Assembly: GCA_038821645.1 (NCBI GenBank) | Contig: JAWBDT010000017.1 | Coordinates: 1-42,929 of the forward strand | DNA length: 42,929 nt | Reading direction: 5' to 3' | Source: Ignisphaera sp. | GTDB taxonomy: Archaea > Thermoproteota > Thermoprotei_A > Sulfolobales > Ignisphaeraceae | Shown: in pieces, positions 10,133-19,351 of the stretch | Layout of the letters: each line of letters opens with the position of its first letter | How positions within the stretch are numbered: position 1 is the stretch's first letter | Notes under the pieces: model-generated | Told to the model about the DNA's origin: nothing | What the model saw: only the letters and a program-made list of their open reading frames with translations | The model's database searches: none | Made by a program: the position numbers and the translations under genes

Positions 10133-10786
10133 ATGTACATACCTTTACTATTGTTATCACTAATTACAGCGTTAATCATAGTTGATGTGGTTAAGAACTC
10201 TGAATATGCAAACATAGCAATTTTCATAACAATTTTATTAGCATTCATATTCAATTATAGATATTTGATATTCCTCTCGTTAATGATACCCATAAAATCA
10301 ATGCTTCAAATATTTAGGCTTTACAAAATAGCTAAAACGCTAGGTTTATACCAAGTGGTTAAACCATTTATACCTATAGCGATATACACTATATCAAGTC
10401 TATCCATAGGATATGTAAGTCAAAAAGCACTACTACCTCTACTAGATGTATGGACATCAAGTACTCTATTCATATTGATAATGTTCTTATCTCTAGCTCT
10501 AACTGTACAACCATCACTAGACAAACTATCTTCGATAGGATTGATCTTAGGTAAAAGTCTTTATAAATTAACTAGGCTACTCCATATATTGTCTATATCA
10601 CTAGGTTTCTTAGCAATACTCTACTCTATAATTATATTAAGGATATACATTATTATACCTGTCATAATTATCGGAATATTGATTATGGCTAGGAGAAGGA
10701 TCAAGATATTAAAAAGATTAGACAATTATTTTATGATACTATTATTCTTTATCTTTTTACTACTTCTATCCACAATTATTGATTAA
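10133..10786 (+). CDS. Multi-pass membrane protein, hypothetical
   Basis: Highly hydrophobic, 3 nt after the DUF58 gene, GAGGA SD-like site upstream. Confidence 0.75.
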   Translation: MYIPLLLLSLITALIIVDVVKNSEYANIAIFITILLAFIFNYRYLIFLSLMIPIKSMLQIFRLYKIAKTLGLYQVVKPFIPIAIYTISSLSIGYVSQKALLPLLDVWTSSTLFILIMFLSLALTVQPSLDKLSSIGLILGKSLYKLTRLLHILSISLGFLAILYSIIILRIYIIIPVIIIGILIMARRRIKILKRLDNYFMILLFFIFLLLLSTIID

Positions 10787-10845
10787 CTTAACAGTTTTGT
10801 AGATCATGATAATATATATTCTGGATATAGTCGTGAACACATATT

Positions 10846-11049
10846 GTGAAGCTCATGTCATTAAAACAAGATCTATATACATTAGTGCTAATGGTATCAT
10901 CAATAGTATTTATGGGTATATCAGTAACGTTTGTATATATTGAAAGATATCTTCAAGCTCTTTTAGCATTTGTTATAGGCATAATATTACTGAGTAGCTC
11001 TCTTGCCATATTGAGAGAAAAGATGAGGTATCGAGATGAAAATAGGTAG
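10846..11049 (+). CDS. Small two-TM membrane protein, hypothetical
   Basis: Two hydrophobic helices and a basic C-tail. True start may be the ATG at 10855. Confidence 0.6.
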   Translation: MKLMSLKQDLYTLVLMVSSIVFMGISVTFVYIERYLQALLAFVIGIILLSSSLAILREKMRYRDENR

Positions 11050-11158
11050 CAGTTATGTTTATGGATATCTATCGATATCCTAGTGTTATAGCTGTCTAGA
11101 TAAATTAAGTGATAAGGCTTTAAATCCTAGACATAACAAGTTCTGCTGTAGTACATAG

Positions 11159-11689
11159 GTGTATATTGAAATGAAATTGGCATCATTATGTATACCATTG
11201 TTGGAAAAAATATCTAGATCTATTGAAGCTAAGATAGAGAAGGCTACATCAGAAGAAAGAGATAAAAAATATATAAATGTGTTATTAGAGATACAATCAT
11301 TTATAAAACAAGTTAGAGAATTCATGAATGCATTGAGAAATTTAGAGACTATGTATACCGATTTAAATTATGGTAGAATATGTTTCAGATGGATGTATGC
11401 TGAATATGGATCAAATATATCTCTAGTAAAGTTTGAGCCAAGACTTTCAATCTTATACACACATGACAAACTTCATATCTCTTTTGATGACAGATCTGTA
11501 ACATTGTATGAAGGTCTAAAGATTGGATTTACTGTTAATACTTATAGTGATGTTGTGGACCTTGATGATGAAGAAAGTGTTATAAGTAAGAGGAGTTTAA
11601 TTTTAGATGTTGTATCACGTGTAGGTGAATCTCTCATAAGATCTGTTGCCAACATTAATCTCTGTATTAAGTATGCAAGATACAGATAG
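11159..11689 (+). CDS. Hypothetical protein
   Basis: 176-aa ORF with typical composition. AGGTG SD-like site suggests a start slightly downstream (e.g. ATG 11171). No recognised motif. Confidence 0.65.
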   Translation: MYIEMKLASLCIPLLEKISRSIEAKIEKATSEERDKKYINVLLEIQSFIKQVREFMNALRNLETMYTDLNYGRICFRWMYAEYGSNISLVKFEPRLSILYTHDKLHISFDDRSVTLYEGLKIGFTVNTYSDVVDLDDEESVISKRSLILDVVSRVGESLIRSVANINLCIKYARYR

Positions 11690-11701
11690 GTTGTATTCTA
11701 T

Positions 11702-11769
11702 CTATAACTCAGGCGGGGATTCTGACATCATCTTTTCAGTTGAGGCTAGACTTCATCACAACGTTATAG
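11702..11769 (-). ncRNA. Box C/D 2'-O-methylation guide sRNA
   Basis: Minus strand reads GTGATGA(C)-agtctagcctcaa-CTGA(D')-aaag-ATGATGT(C')-cagaatccccgc-CTGA(D), flanked by a 7-bp terminal inverted repeat CTATAAC/GTTATAG. Confidence 0.88.
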
Positions 11770-12462
11770 TAGTAAGTTCCAGCTTTTTGAAGTCCCATCG
11801 TAAACTATTAATGCAGACTCTTTAAGTTTTTGTAAAAGCTTGAACTCTATAGGATCAAATATCTTCTTTAACTCATCATCATTATTAGTTTTAGTGAGTT
11901 TCAGCTTATTTACAAAACTATTCCAGAATGATGGTTCAACAGCTATTCTCTCATCCTTAGCCTCAATCACTATGGCTCCTTCTCGTTCAAGTCTTGCAAA
12001 AAAGCTGTCTCTATTTCTAATCTTGTTTGCGATATCTTTTTCAAACATAACTTTTTGTTCTTTTAGGATTTCAATAGCAGATTTTCTAGATTTTTCTTGA
12101 ACTTTAATCTCTTCACGTCTAGTTTCTACTGTTTTAATTGTTTCTTCTAATTTGAATAATCTTTCTTCTACTACCTCTAATCTTTCCAGTAATTCTGCAA
12201 CTTTTCTTCCAAGGTCATCAACTTTTTGTGTAAAGGGATTTACACTATCTTGGACTTTACGCTCAACTAAAGCCATAATTTTATCTACTATTGTACTCTT
12301 TTTTGTTGTTTCTTCGTAACTTTCTTTATGTTCCGTTCTATAAATGTGTTTTGAGATAACGAAGACTATATAGTCAGATAGTGTTGCAAATCCCTCATCT
12401 CTAGCTCTTTTGATAAGTTCTTCGTAAACTTTGTCATCAAGTTTTAGCGTAACTACTTTCAT
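11764..12462 (-). CDS. Ribbon-helix-helix (CopG-like) protein with coiled coil and C-terminal domain
   Basis: N-terminal VVTLKLDDKVYEELIKRARDEGFATLSDYI fits the RHH pattern, followed by a heptad-rich middle. Confidence 0.8.
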   Translation of the reverse strand: MKVVTLKLDDKVYEELIKRARDEGFATLSDYIVFVISKHIYRTEHKESYEETTKKSTIVDKIMALVERKVQDSVNPFTQKVDDLGRKVAELLERLEVVEERLFKLEETIKTVETRREEIKVQEKSRKSAIEILKEQKVMFEKDIANKIRNRDSFFARLEREGAIVIEAKDERIAVEPSFWNSFVNKLKLTKTNNDDELKKIFDPIEFKLLQKLKESALIVYDGTSKSWNLLL

Positions 12463-12516
12463 GCTTTCTCCGTAGACTATATTGCTTCAAAGTCTAAAAA
12501 TATACAACAAGCTATG

Positions 12517-13710
12517 TTATAATTCTGCAAACATTAATTGCTCTAACACGTATTTTCTTATCTCTTTAGCTGATATAATCTCTTTTACAATTCTTCCATG
12601 ATCAATATACTTCTCTAACATAGGTTTTGCTTCTACACCATTACTACATACAACTAGTTTATTTGGAACATCTATATAATCTTCTATAAGAGGTCTACAT
12701 CTGTATAGCTGTTTAGCTCCTGGAAGTTTACCTCGCTTTGTTATAGGAATCCATCTTCCTTCTTTCTCATCATATATTTCAACAATATCCATACTTATAT
12801 CTACCGAAGGTGGAAATGCTATAGATGTTCCTACACCAAAAACATCAACAACATCTTTTAACCTTGCTATATGATTCTCATCTATACCTCCACTTACAAC
12901 TATCTTGATATTATCGTAGCCATGGAGCTTAAGAGTCCATTTAATCTCTTCTATAATCATTCTGATATCTCCTCTACGGCTTCTAGGTGTATCTAGTCTT
13001 ATTCCCCACAATTTGTTTCCTAAGGCTTGGACGGCCATAATACTTTCAACTCTTTCATCATAGAACGTATCTACAAGTGCTATACGAGGTACATCTGGAG
13101 GCATAACTTCATCAAAAGCTTTCCATGCCTTTACTGGATCCCTAAACACTATTATTAATGCATGGGGCATAGTACCTCTAGGGTTTGTCCCAGTAATTGG
13201 TGCACTAAATGCCCCAGAAACAGCATCACAGCCACCAATATATGCAGCTCTGTCAAGAGCTGGTGCAATTGCAGGATGATGGGTACGTAAACCAAAGAAA
13301 ATAACCTGTCTATCTCCAGCTATTTTCTTTATTCTTGCAGCTTTAGTTGAAACACTTGTATAAAATCTTAGTATACCAAGTAAAGCAGTTTCAATATCTA
13401 TAATCTCACAGATTCTTCCTTCAACAATTGCGAGTGGGTATAGATCCTTGAATAGAGTTCCTTCAGGAAGTGTATAAAAAGTTATGTCTCTATCCTTCAG
13501 TAATGCTAAAGCTTCTTCGACACCTGTATATACAGCCCATTTATAATCTCTTGGAAGACCATAACAATGTAGCTCGTATCTGACTAATGTGTCACATAAA
13601 TTGTTTTTTTCAAGTATTTCCCGACTTCTGATGAAGTATATATCTGTAGCTACACCTTTTCTAAGTTCATCAACAGTCAAGATATATATCCTAGGCTCCA
13701 TAGTATGCAC
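12517..13710 (-). CDS. pncB: Nicotinate phosphoribosyltransferase
   Basis: TDIYF, FGLRxxHP, GTMPHA, LVDTF, GIRLDTP, SGGIDE, FGVGT. Confidence 0.92.
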   Translation of the reverse strand: MHTMEPRIYILTVDELRKGVATDIYFIRSREILEKNNLCDTLVRYELHCYGLPRDYKWAVYTGVEEALALLKDRDITFYTLPEGTLFKDLYPLAIVEGRICEIIDIETALLGILRFYTSVSTKAARIKKIAGDRQVIFFGLRTHHPAIAPALDRAAYIGGCDAVSGAFSAPITGTNPRGTMPHALIIVFRDPVKAWKAFDEVMPPDVPRIALVDTFYDERVESIMAVQALGNKLWGIRLDTPRSRRGDIRMIIEEIKWTLKLHGYDNIKIVVSGGIDENHIARLKDVVDVFGVGTSIAFPPSVDISMDIVEIYDEKEGRWIPITKRGKLPGAKQLYRCRPLIEDYIDVPNKLVVCSNGVEAKPMLEKYIDHGRIVKEIISAKEIRKYVLEQLMFAEL

Positions 13711-13805
13711 ACCTTTACCTGACAGTAATAGTAAATGATGATGTACTTAAAATAAAAAATTTCTTAGGTTAAAAATCAGGAGATTCTTTTGAATTACTTT
13801 ATATA

Positions 13806-14051
13806 TTACTCTATCTTAACTCCTTGGGCTTCTGCTACCTTACGTGGCATCACAGATATTATGTTCTTTTCCTCATCTTTTATTACAACAAATTCATTGC
13901 CATATTTTTCTACAACATCCTTTGGTATATATAGATTCAAAGAGAGGGTATAGTATTCGTAAGTGTATAGCTTGTTCTTTATGTTCTTTCTACCCATTAT
14001 TTTTCTAACATTTACTATTCGTATTTTTTGTTTTTCTTGCTGCATGTTCAA
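13806..14051 (-). CDS. Small basic protein, possible AbrB/swapped-hairpin-like nucleic-acid binder
   Basis: Lys/Arg-rich N-terminus and YYTLSLNLYIPKDVVEKYG segment resembling an AbrB-type IPK motif. Confidence 0.6.
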   Translation of the reverse strand: MNMQQEKQKIRIVNVRKIMGRKNIKNKLYTYEYYTLSLNLYIPKDVVEKYGNEFVVIKDEEKNIISVMPRKVAEAQGVKIE

Positions 14052-14114
14052 CGCCTACTGCCTCTCTTTAACGAGAATAGAAAAAATAAGCGTTTCTATC
14101 TTTAGCTTATAAAC

Positions 14115-17051
14115 CTACTCTATATATATTCCGGGTCTAAGTGGTAGTGCTGATTTCTTTTTACCACCTTTATCAGGTACAAAGGGATCTTCTGCACTAT
14201 ATATCTCGATTCTGTTTTTCATAACTTTGGAAAGATAGTCTAGAGATATTTTTAATAACTCAAGCTCATCTACGTCACTTAATCTTAGATATAGATGTTC
14301 TATTTCGTCTGCAGTACTCATAGCTACATCATACATAGATTTAACTAATCGCGAAACTTCACTTTTGCTAAGTTTCAGTTCTTCAGATAGTTTGTTGATA
14401 ATCTCGTTAAGTTTTAGACCTTGTTTATGTAATTCTATGATTTTTCGCATAATCTTTTGATGGGCTCTAGAAGAGACGTAGATCACTATACTGTTTATTG
14501 AAGATCTCTTTGTAGCTCTAACTATATTTTGTATAGAATTCACTATGGTTTCGGCGTATCGTAGAGCTAGAAGCGCTTTTTCATCTATTTCACTAGGTAT
14601 ATTGATAATGTACATGGAGACGAAACCTTCCTTAAATGTTTTACTCCAAATTTCTTCGGCTATAAATGGTGTATAGATACTAATTAATGGTATCCATATT
14701 CTTAACATATCTAGTATCATTCTGTGAGGAATATCTACAAGTTTTAGATACATGTCTATAAGGTTTTTTATATCGTAGAATATAATTATACCTGCTTCTC
14801 TTATCTTAACATCATCAATTAGTTTAATAACTTTATTTATTTTATATATGAATTCGTTCCAAAAGAGTCTATCTATATTACTCATTTCATTCCTAAATCT
14901 CTCTCTATTTTGGAATACACCTATAATAGTATCATGAATAGACATTAATAGTTGTGGATATTCTTTCTTACCAAGCGTTTCAAGCATTTCGGGATCTATA
15001 TTTTCATCTTGATATACTTCAGCACCTAGAGCTAGAAACAGTCTCACTATGTCTGTACCATATTCATTGATGATTCTCTTTAGGGGTATTATGTTCCGCA
15101 ACGATTTACTCATCTTCATCTGTCTAACTAGAACCCATCCATTAGCTATTATTCCTCTAGGCTGAAGCTCTTCTGGAAATATTGCGATATGGTTAAATAT
15201 GAAGAATGTTAGATGATTAGGTATAAGATCTTTTCCACTAATTCTCATATCTAGTGGGTACCAGTATCGAAATTCATTACGTATATCTTCGATAACCTCG
15301 ATTGGTATGGATAACTCTCTAGACAGGTTCTCTACATCACCTAATCCAAGCATAACATAATCCCAGAACTTTATTGTTAACTTTTCGACAGGAATATTGT
15401 AGTATCTTATCTTGTTCACTACGGTATAGAAAGCCATATATATTGTAGAATCGCTTAAGCTTTCTATAATCCACTTTCTATCCCATGGAAGAGGTACACC
15501 TAAACCACGTGTTCGAGCACACGCTCTCTTCTTAAGCCACTCTATAGTTGCCTCGAACTGGGGTATAGCTTCTTCAGGAATAATCTTCATCTTAGCTAAG
15601 GTTGTTCTTGCTTTTTTCTTCCATTCAGTATCACCATAATTTATAAACCATTGATCTTTAAGAAGCTTAACTACGACCTCTGTTCCACATCTACAATAAA
15701 CAGGCTTATTTAGAAGTTCATAAAGTGTTACACCAAACTCTCTATCTATAATGAACTTTTTAACTACTTCACGAACTTCTGAAACACTTTTACCACTAAC
15801 GTTATTCTCAATAAATTGTTTCACTGTATTATCTATTGCTGGTACAAATGTATGGAGATGTTTAGCCATGTATCCATTTCGAAGCTCAAGCGAATAAACA
15901 TATCTAGTTGCTTCGTCTAGTTTATCTCTTTCAGATTGGCTCTCTATATTCATATTCTTTAGAGCTTCATATGCATTGGCTACAAGTTTTCCATCTGTTT
16001 CAATTATTGTTCGAGGAACTATAGACATAACTATGTCCCTGTATATGGGATCCTTCTTCAGATCCTCCAGAGCTGCAGCATCATAGGGAGCATGTGCAGG
16101 AACGCTCATAACTATACCAGTAGCAAATGAGTCATCTACAAAACTAGCTGGAAGAATCAACACTTGTTCACCTGTTACAGGATTTATAACTCTTCTACTA
16201 ATCAAGTCCTTTCCTTCTACATATTCTAATATCTCAAATTCAAGCTGATGAATTAGTCTTTCTGCAGCTCTACTACCTATAATCCATATAGATCCATTAC
16301 TCATCTTTATTTTCACATATTTAGCTGAAGGATTGATCCAGATATTTGTAACACCAAAAACTGTTTCAGGTCTAAGTGTAGCTGTAGGATAAATTATTCC
16401 GTCTAAGTCTTTAAAGAATATAGCGACAAACTCTCCTATTTCTGGCTCTACATCGCCCTTAGTGTCATGCATACCCACAGGCATACTGTGCTTAGGACAC
16501 CATCCAACAGGGTGTGAACCTCTCTCTATATAGTTCTTCTCATAGAGCTTTATGAACTGCCAATGAATGAAGGATACAAATTCCGGATCTATTGTTGTGA
16601 ATTCTCTCCTCCAATCAATTGAAAGTCCATAGAGATTCATAACCTCTTTGGAAACGTTATGGAAATATCTAGCCATATAGAGTGGATCAAGCATTCTTTC
16701 AATATCTTCTTCAGATACATCGTAGTCATGCTTGAATAACTCTATAAGTTCTCTATCTTTTGCAGCTATGGCTTCAGCCATGGTGATAATTGGTGTACCT
16801 GTATAATGGAACCCCATAGGGAATAGAACATTATATCCCATAATCCTCTTAAATCTTGCCAAAATGTCTGCAATTAGGTATGTACGCCCATGACCTATAT
16901 GTATAGGTCCGTTAGGATACATGAATGCTGCAGTTACATAAAACTTAGGTCTAGAGTTATCCCTGTTAACTTCATATACATGGTTCTCGTAAAGTATCTT
17001 GCTCCATTTCTCAGCCAGTTTTATAAAATATTCATTCAGATTGTTAACCAT
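14115..17051 (-). CDS. leuS: Leucine--tRNA ligase (archaeal type)
   Basis: HIGH and KMSKS motifs, CP1 editing motifs ATLRPET and GIVMSVPAHAPYD, ESLSDSTIY. Confidence 0.97.
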   Translation of the reverse strand: MVNNLNEYFIKLAEKWSKILYENHVYEVNRDNSRPKFYVTAAFMYPNGPIHIGHGRTYLIADILARFKRIMGYNVLFPMGFHYTGTPIITMAEAIAAKDRELIELFKHDYDVSEEDIERMLDPLYMARYFHNVSKEVMNLYGLSIDWRREFTTIDPEFVSFIHWQFIKLYEKNYIERGSHPVGWCPKHSMPVGMHDTKGDVEPEIGEFVAIFFKDLDGIIYPTATLRPETVFGVTNIWINPSAKYVKIKMSNGSIWIIGSRAAERLIHQLEFEILEYVEGKDLISRRVINPVTGEQVLILPASFVDDSFATGIVMSVPAHAPYDAAALEDLKKDPIYRDIVMSIVPRTIIETDGKLVANAYEALKNMNIESQSERDKLDEATRYVYSLELRNGYMAKHLHTFVPAIDNTVKQFIENNVSGKSVSEVREVVKKFIIDREFGVTLYELLNKPVYCRCGTEVVVKLLKDQWFINYGDTEWKKKARTTLAKMKIIPEEAIPQFEATIEWLKKRACARTRGLGVPLPWDRKWIIESLSDSTIYMAFYTVVNKIRYYNIPVEKLTIKFWDYVMLGLGDVENLSRELSIPIEVIEDIRNEFRYWYPLDMRISGKDLIPNHLTFFIFNHIAIFPEELQPRGIIANGWVLVRQMKMSKSLRNIIPLKRIINEYGTDIVRLFLALGAEVYQDENIDPEMLETLGKKEYPQLLMSIHDTIIGVFQNRERFRNEMSNIDRLFWNEFIYKINKVIKLIDDVKIREAGIIIFYDIKNLIDMYLKLVDIPHRMILDMLRIWIPLISIYTPFIAEEIWSKTFKEGFVSMYIINIPSEIDEKALLALRYAETIVNSIQNIVRATKRSSINSIVIYVSSRAHQKIMRKIIELHKQGLKLNEIINKLSEELKLSKSEVSRLVKSMYDVAMSTADEIEHLYLRLSDVDELELLKISLDYLSKVMKNRIEIYSAEDPFVPDKGGKKKSALPLRPGIYIE

Positions 17052-17174
17052 TTGAATCTCCTTAATTACTCTGAATTAGGTAATGTAGCTAACTAATAAT
17101 CAAAGCAAGTAGCAAATAAATATTTAACATATCAACAAGTAACGAAGCTTGATTTAGAGTTAATGTATGAAGCA

Positions 17175-17414
17175 CTATTTTGTGTAGAGTTTTTCTATAA
17201 CTACAATAGTTACCTTATACCATAAGTAGAGAATAGCTATAATAAGTGCAGCTAATAGCGCCATTCTAGGCAACTCGTGCCTCAGAGGAAAAATACTCAC
17301 AATATATATGGCTCCAACTAGTGACAATATGATTAAGGTAATGTATATCACCATCTTAATAAATGCTAATACAATCACTCTATTTGATGAACATCGACTC
17401 AATATACCCACCAA
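17175..17414 (-). CDS. Small two-TM membrane protein, hypothetical
   Basis: Two hydrophobic helices. Start uncertain (the ATG at 17354 is an alternative). Confidence 0.5.
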   Translation of the reverse strand: MVGILSRCSSNRVIVLAFIKMVIYITLIILSLVGAIYIVSIFPLRHELPRMALLAALIIAILYLWYKVTIVVIEKLYTK

Positions 17415-17481
17415 TTATAGCCTTAATGTAATCTGCAGAAAATGCTAAAAATATTAATCTAGTTTTACAGATAACTAGTAG

Positions 17482-17531
17482 ATGATGTACTTGGCCGTTA
17501 CAGATGTGGTGAAGATAATGGTAGCCACTGA
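17482..17531 (+). ncRNA. Box C/D 2'-O-methylation guide sRNA
   Basis: ATGATGT(C)-acttggccgtta-CAGA(D')-tgtg-GTGAAGA(C')-taatggtagcca-CTGA(D). Two 12-nt guides, 50 nt, intergenic. Confidence 0.75.
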
Positions 17532-17545
17532 TGGGATGAGGAAAC

Positions 17546-18511
17546 TTGCCCCCTACAGATATGGTGAAGAAATTATCGCGAACTGACCATAGAGTAGAGA
17601 ATTTCACAAAATTTCTCTATATTCAAGGAGTTTTAACTGAAGGTTTAGAAAATCTTTACGCTAATCCGTTACCTTTTTCATCTACTGTTCCTATGATCAA
17701 TGAAGATATCGTTAAATTCTATAGATGTCTGGCTATGAGTCTGTGTCTAGAAAGGGGTGAAGAAAAAGCTTATGTAGGAAACACTATAGATCTAGGTTTT
17801 GTCAAACTAATGAGCATAGATAACTTTAGGTACACTACAAAGGATGAAAAGCTATACATATATAATTTAAATGATAAGTACATAGACTTGATTATGAAAA
17901 GAAAGGTAGAAGAGATAGCCTTAATAGATCTAGATATGAGGGAAAAAAGAATAGATATAGGTAAAGATGCTGGGCATAGATATACAAGCGTTTATGCACT
18001 ATCTATCAAGATGAATAACAGAGATGTACTATCAATAGCCTTTTCTGAACCCATAATTATTGAGAGTATAGGGGAATCAATGTATAGACTCTACGTGCCT
18101 ATGGCAAGAGTTATGGCGATCTCTAGAAACAGAACACATGTTCAAATGTTTAGAGAAGTATTGATTTATTCAAATACAGTAGTGGTTATAGGTAAGCAAA
18201 AGAATGTACAATCTCTTATCGAGATACTAGACCCTATAGCTCTATCGAAACCTATAGATTTTATTGAAGGGTGTGTAGATCTAGAGATAGTTAATCCAAT
18301 AAATATTTCATACAATACTATAATCAAGGTCTATGGATATATAGATGAGATAACAGTAGATGATTTAGTTAAGTTCAAACCTAAGTATAATATAATCAGG
18401 ATAGCATTGCCTAGGAACTCTAAAGCAAAAATAAGGTTATGTATCTCTTCATCTATTCCTAAGAGAGCAGAACTTCTTTCAGCATTTAAAGAGGTTTCAC
18501 AAGTTTTTTGA
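17546..18511 (+). CDS. Hypothetical protein
   Basis: 321-aa ORF with no recognised motif. 26-nt convergent overlap with the PDO gene. Confidence 0.7.
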   Translation: MPPTDMVKKLSRTDHRVENFTKFLYIQGVLTEGLENLYANPLPFSSTVPMINEDIVKFYRCLAMSLCLERGEEKAYVGNTIDLGFVKLMSIDNFRYTTKDEKLYIYNLNDKYIDLIMKRKVEEIALIDLDMREKRIDIGKDAGHRYTSVYALSIKMNNRDVLSIAFSEPIIIESIGESMYRLYVPMARVMAISRNRTHVQMFREVLIYSNTVVVIGKQKNVQSLIEILDPIALSKPIDFIEGCVDLEIVNPINISYNTIIKVYGYIDEITVDDLVKFKPKYNIIRIALPRNSKAKIRLCISSSIPKRAELLSAFKEVSQVF

Positions 18512-19205
18512 TCGCTCTTAGTAACTGTACCTCATATGGAAGTCCAACAAATACAACTCTACCGTTTACAGCTATTGTAGGTACTGTTGTAACAGCGTAT
18601 CTATCAGCTATATCTGGATTTTCGTATGCTTCAACAATATGAGACTCCACATTTCCATTACCATAGACTTTGCTGACATATGCAAACATATTTGTTAATA
18701 ATGCAGCATAAGGACAATAAGGACAGGGAGGAGTTACAACAGTTTCTATAACTGCTTTACCTTCTAATGAAGATATTTCTCTTACAGTTTCACTAGATAG
18801 TCCGTGATCATTTGTGCTGATCCTGATTAAGGTTTCTATGAATCCTTTAATTTCTTCACCTGCAGGCATACCTATATACCTTATAGCTCCATCAGCTAAC
18901 AGAATTGTTGGTACTCTACTAACTCTATATTTCCTAGCTACATCAATTGATTCTGAGATATCTAAAATCTCTACATCTATTGCATGTCTGTCTCCTATCA
19001 TTGGGCTGTTTTCACTAAGCACCTTAACTAAGTTCATAGTATCTTCACATGAAAAGCACTCGTACTTGCTTCTGGAAATAAATAATGCTACATGTACTCT
19101 GCTAACCATATCTTTTAATGCATCTCTTATAGCCTCTATATCAGCTTGCGTAAAGTTGAATCTAAACATCTCAGCTATATACGGTGGTAATGTGTATTCA
19201 TCCAT
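18486..19205 (-). CDS. Protein disulfide oxidoreductase (PDO, double thioredoxin/glutaredoxin fold)
   Basis: Two CxxC sites (CFSC, CPYC), RVPT and TVPT cis-Pro motifs, GMPAGEE. Confidence 0.92.
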   Translation of the reverse strand: MDEYTLPPYIAEMFRFNFTQADIEAIRDALKDMVSRVHVALFISRSKYECFSCEDTMNLVKVLSENSPMIGDRHAIDVEILDISESIDVARKYRVSRVPTILLADGAIRYIGMPAGEEIKGFIETLIRISTNDHGLSSETVREISSLEGKAVIETVVTPPCPYCPYAALLTNMFAYVSKVYGNGNVESHIVEAYENPDIADRYAVTTVPTIAVNGRVVFVGLPYEVQLLRAIKKLVKPL

Positions 19206-19351
19206 GTGGTGCTACACCTTATCACCACTTTAAAGCTAAACAATACTTATAAGAATTACTAGTTTAACTAAGTCAAAGATGTATTATATATGGAGTCATA
19301 AAGAGTTTTCATAAACAAATATACTAGTTTCTATGTCTATTATCTTGTGGG

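Noticed and set aside
11086-11325. 79-aa minus-strand ORF
   Set aside because: Mostly antisense to the 11159-11689 gene and has no motif.
13735-13790. ATGATGA box C-like motif upstream of pncB
   Set aside because: No D' or D (CTGA) boxes follow at guide-length spacing.
17380-17607. 75-aa minus-strand ORF
   Set aside because: It lies antisense to a C/D sRNA and the next gene's start, with no protein-like features.
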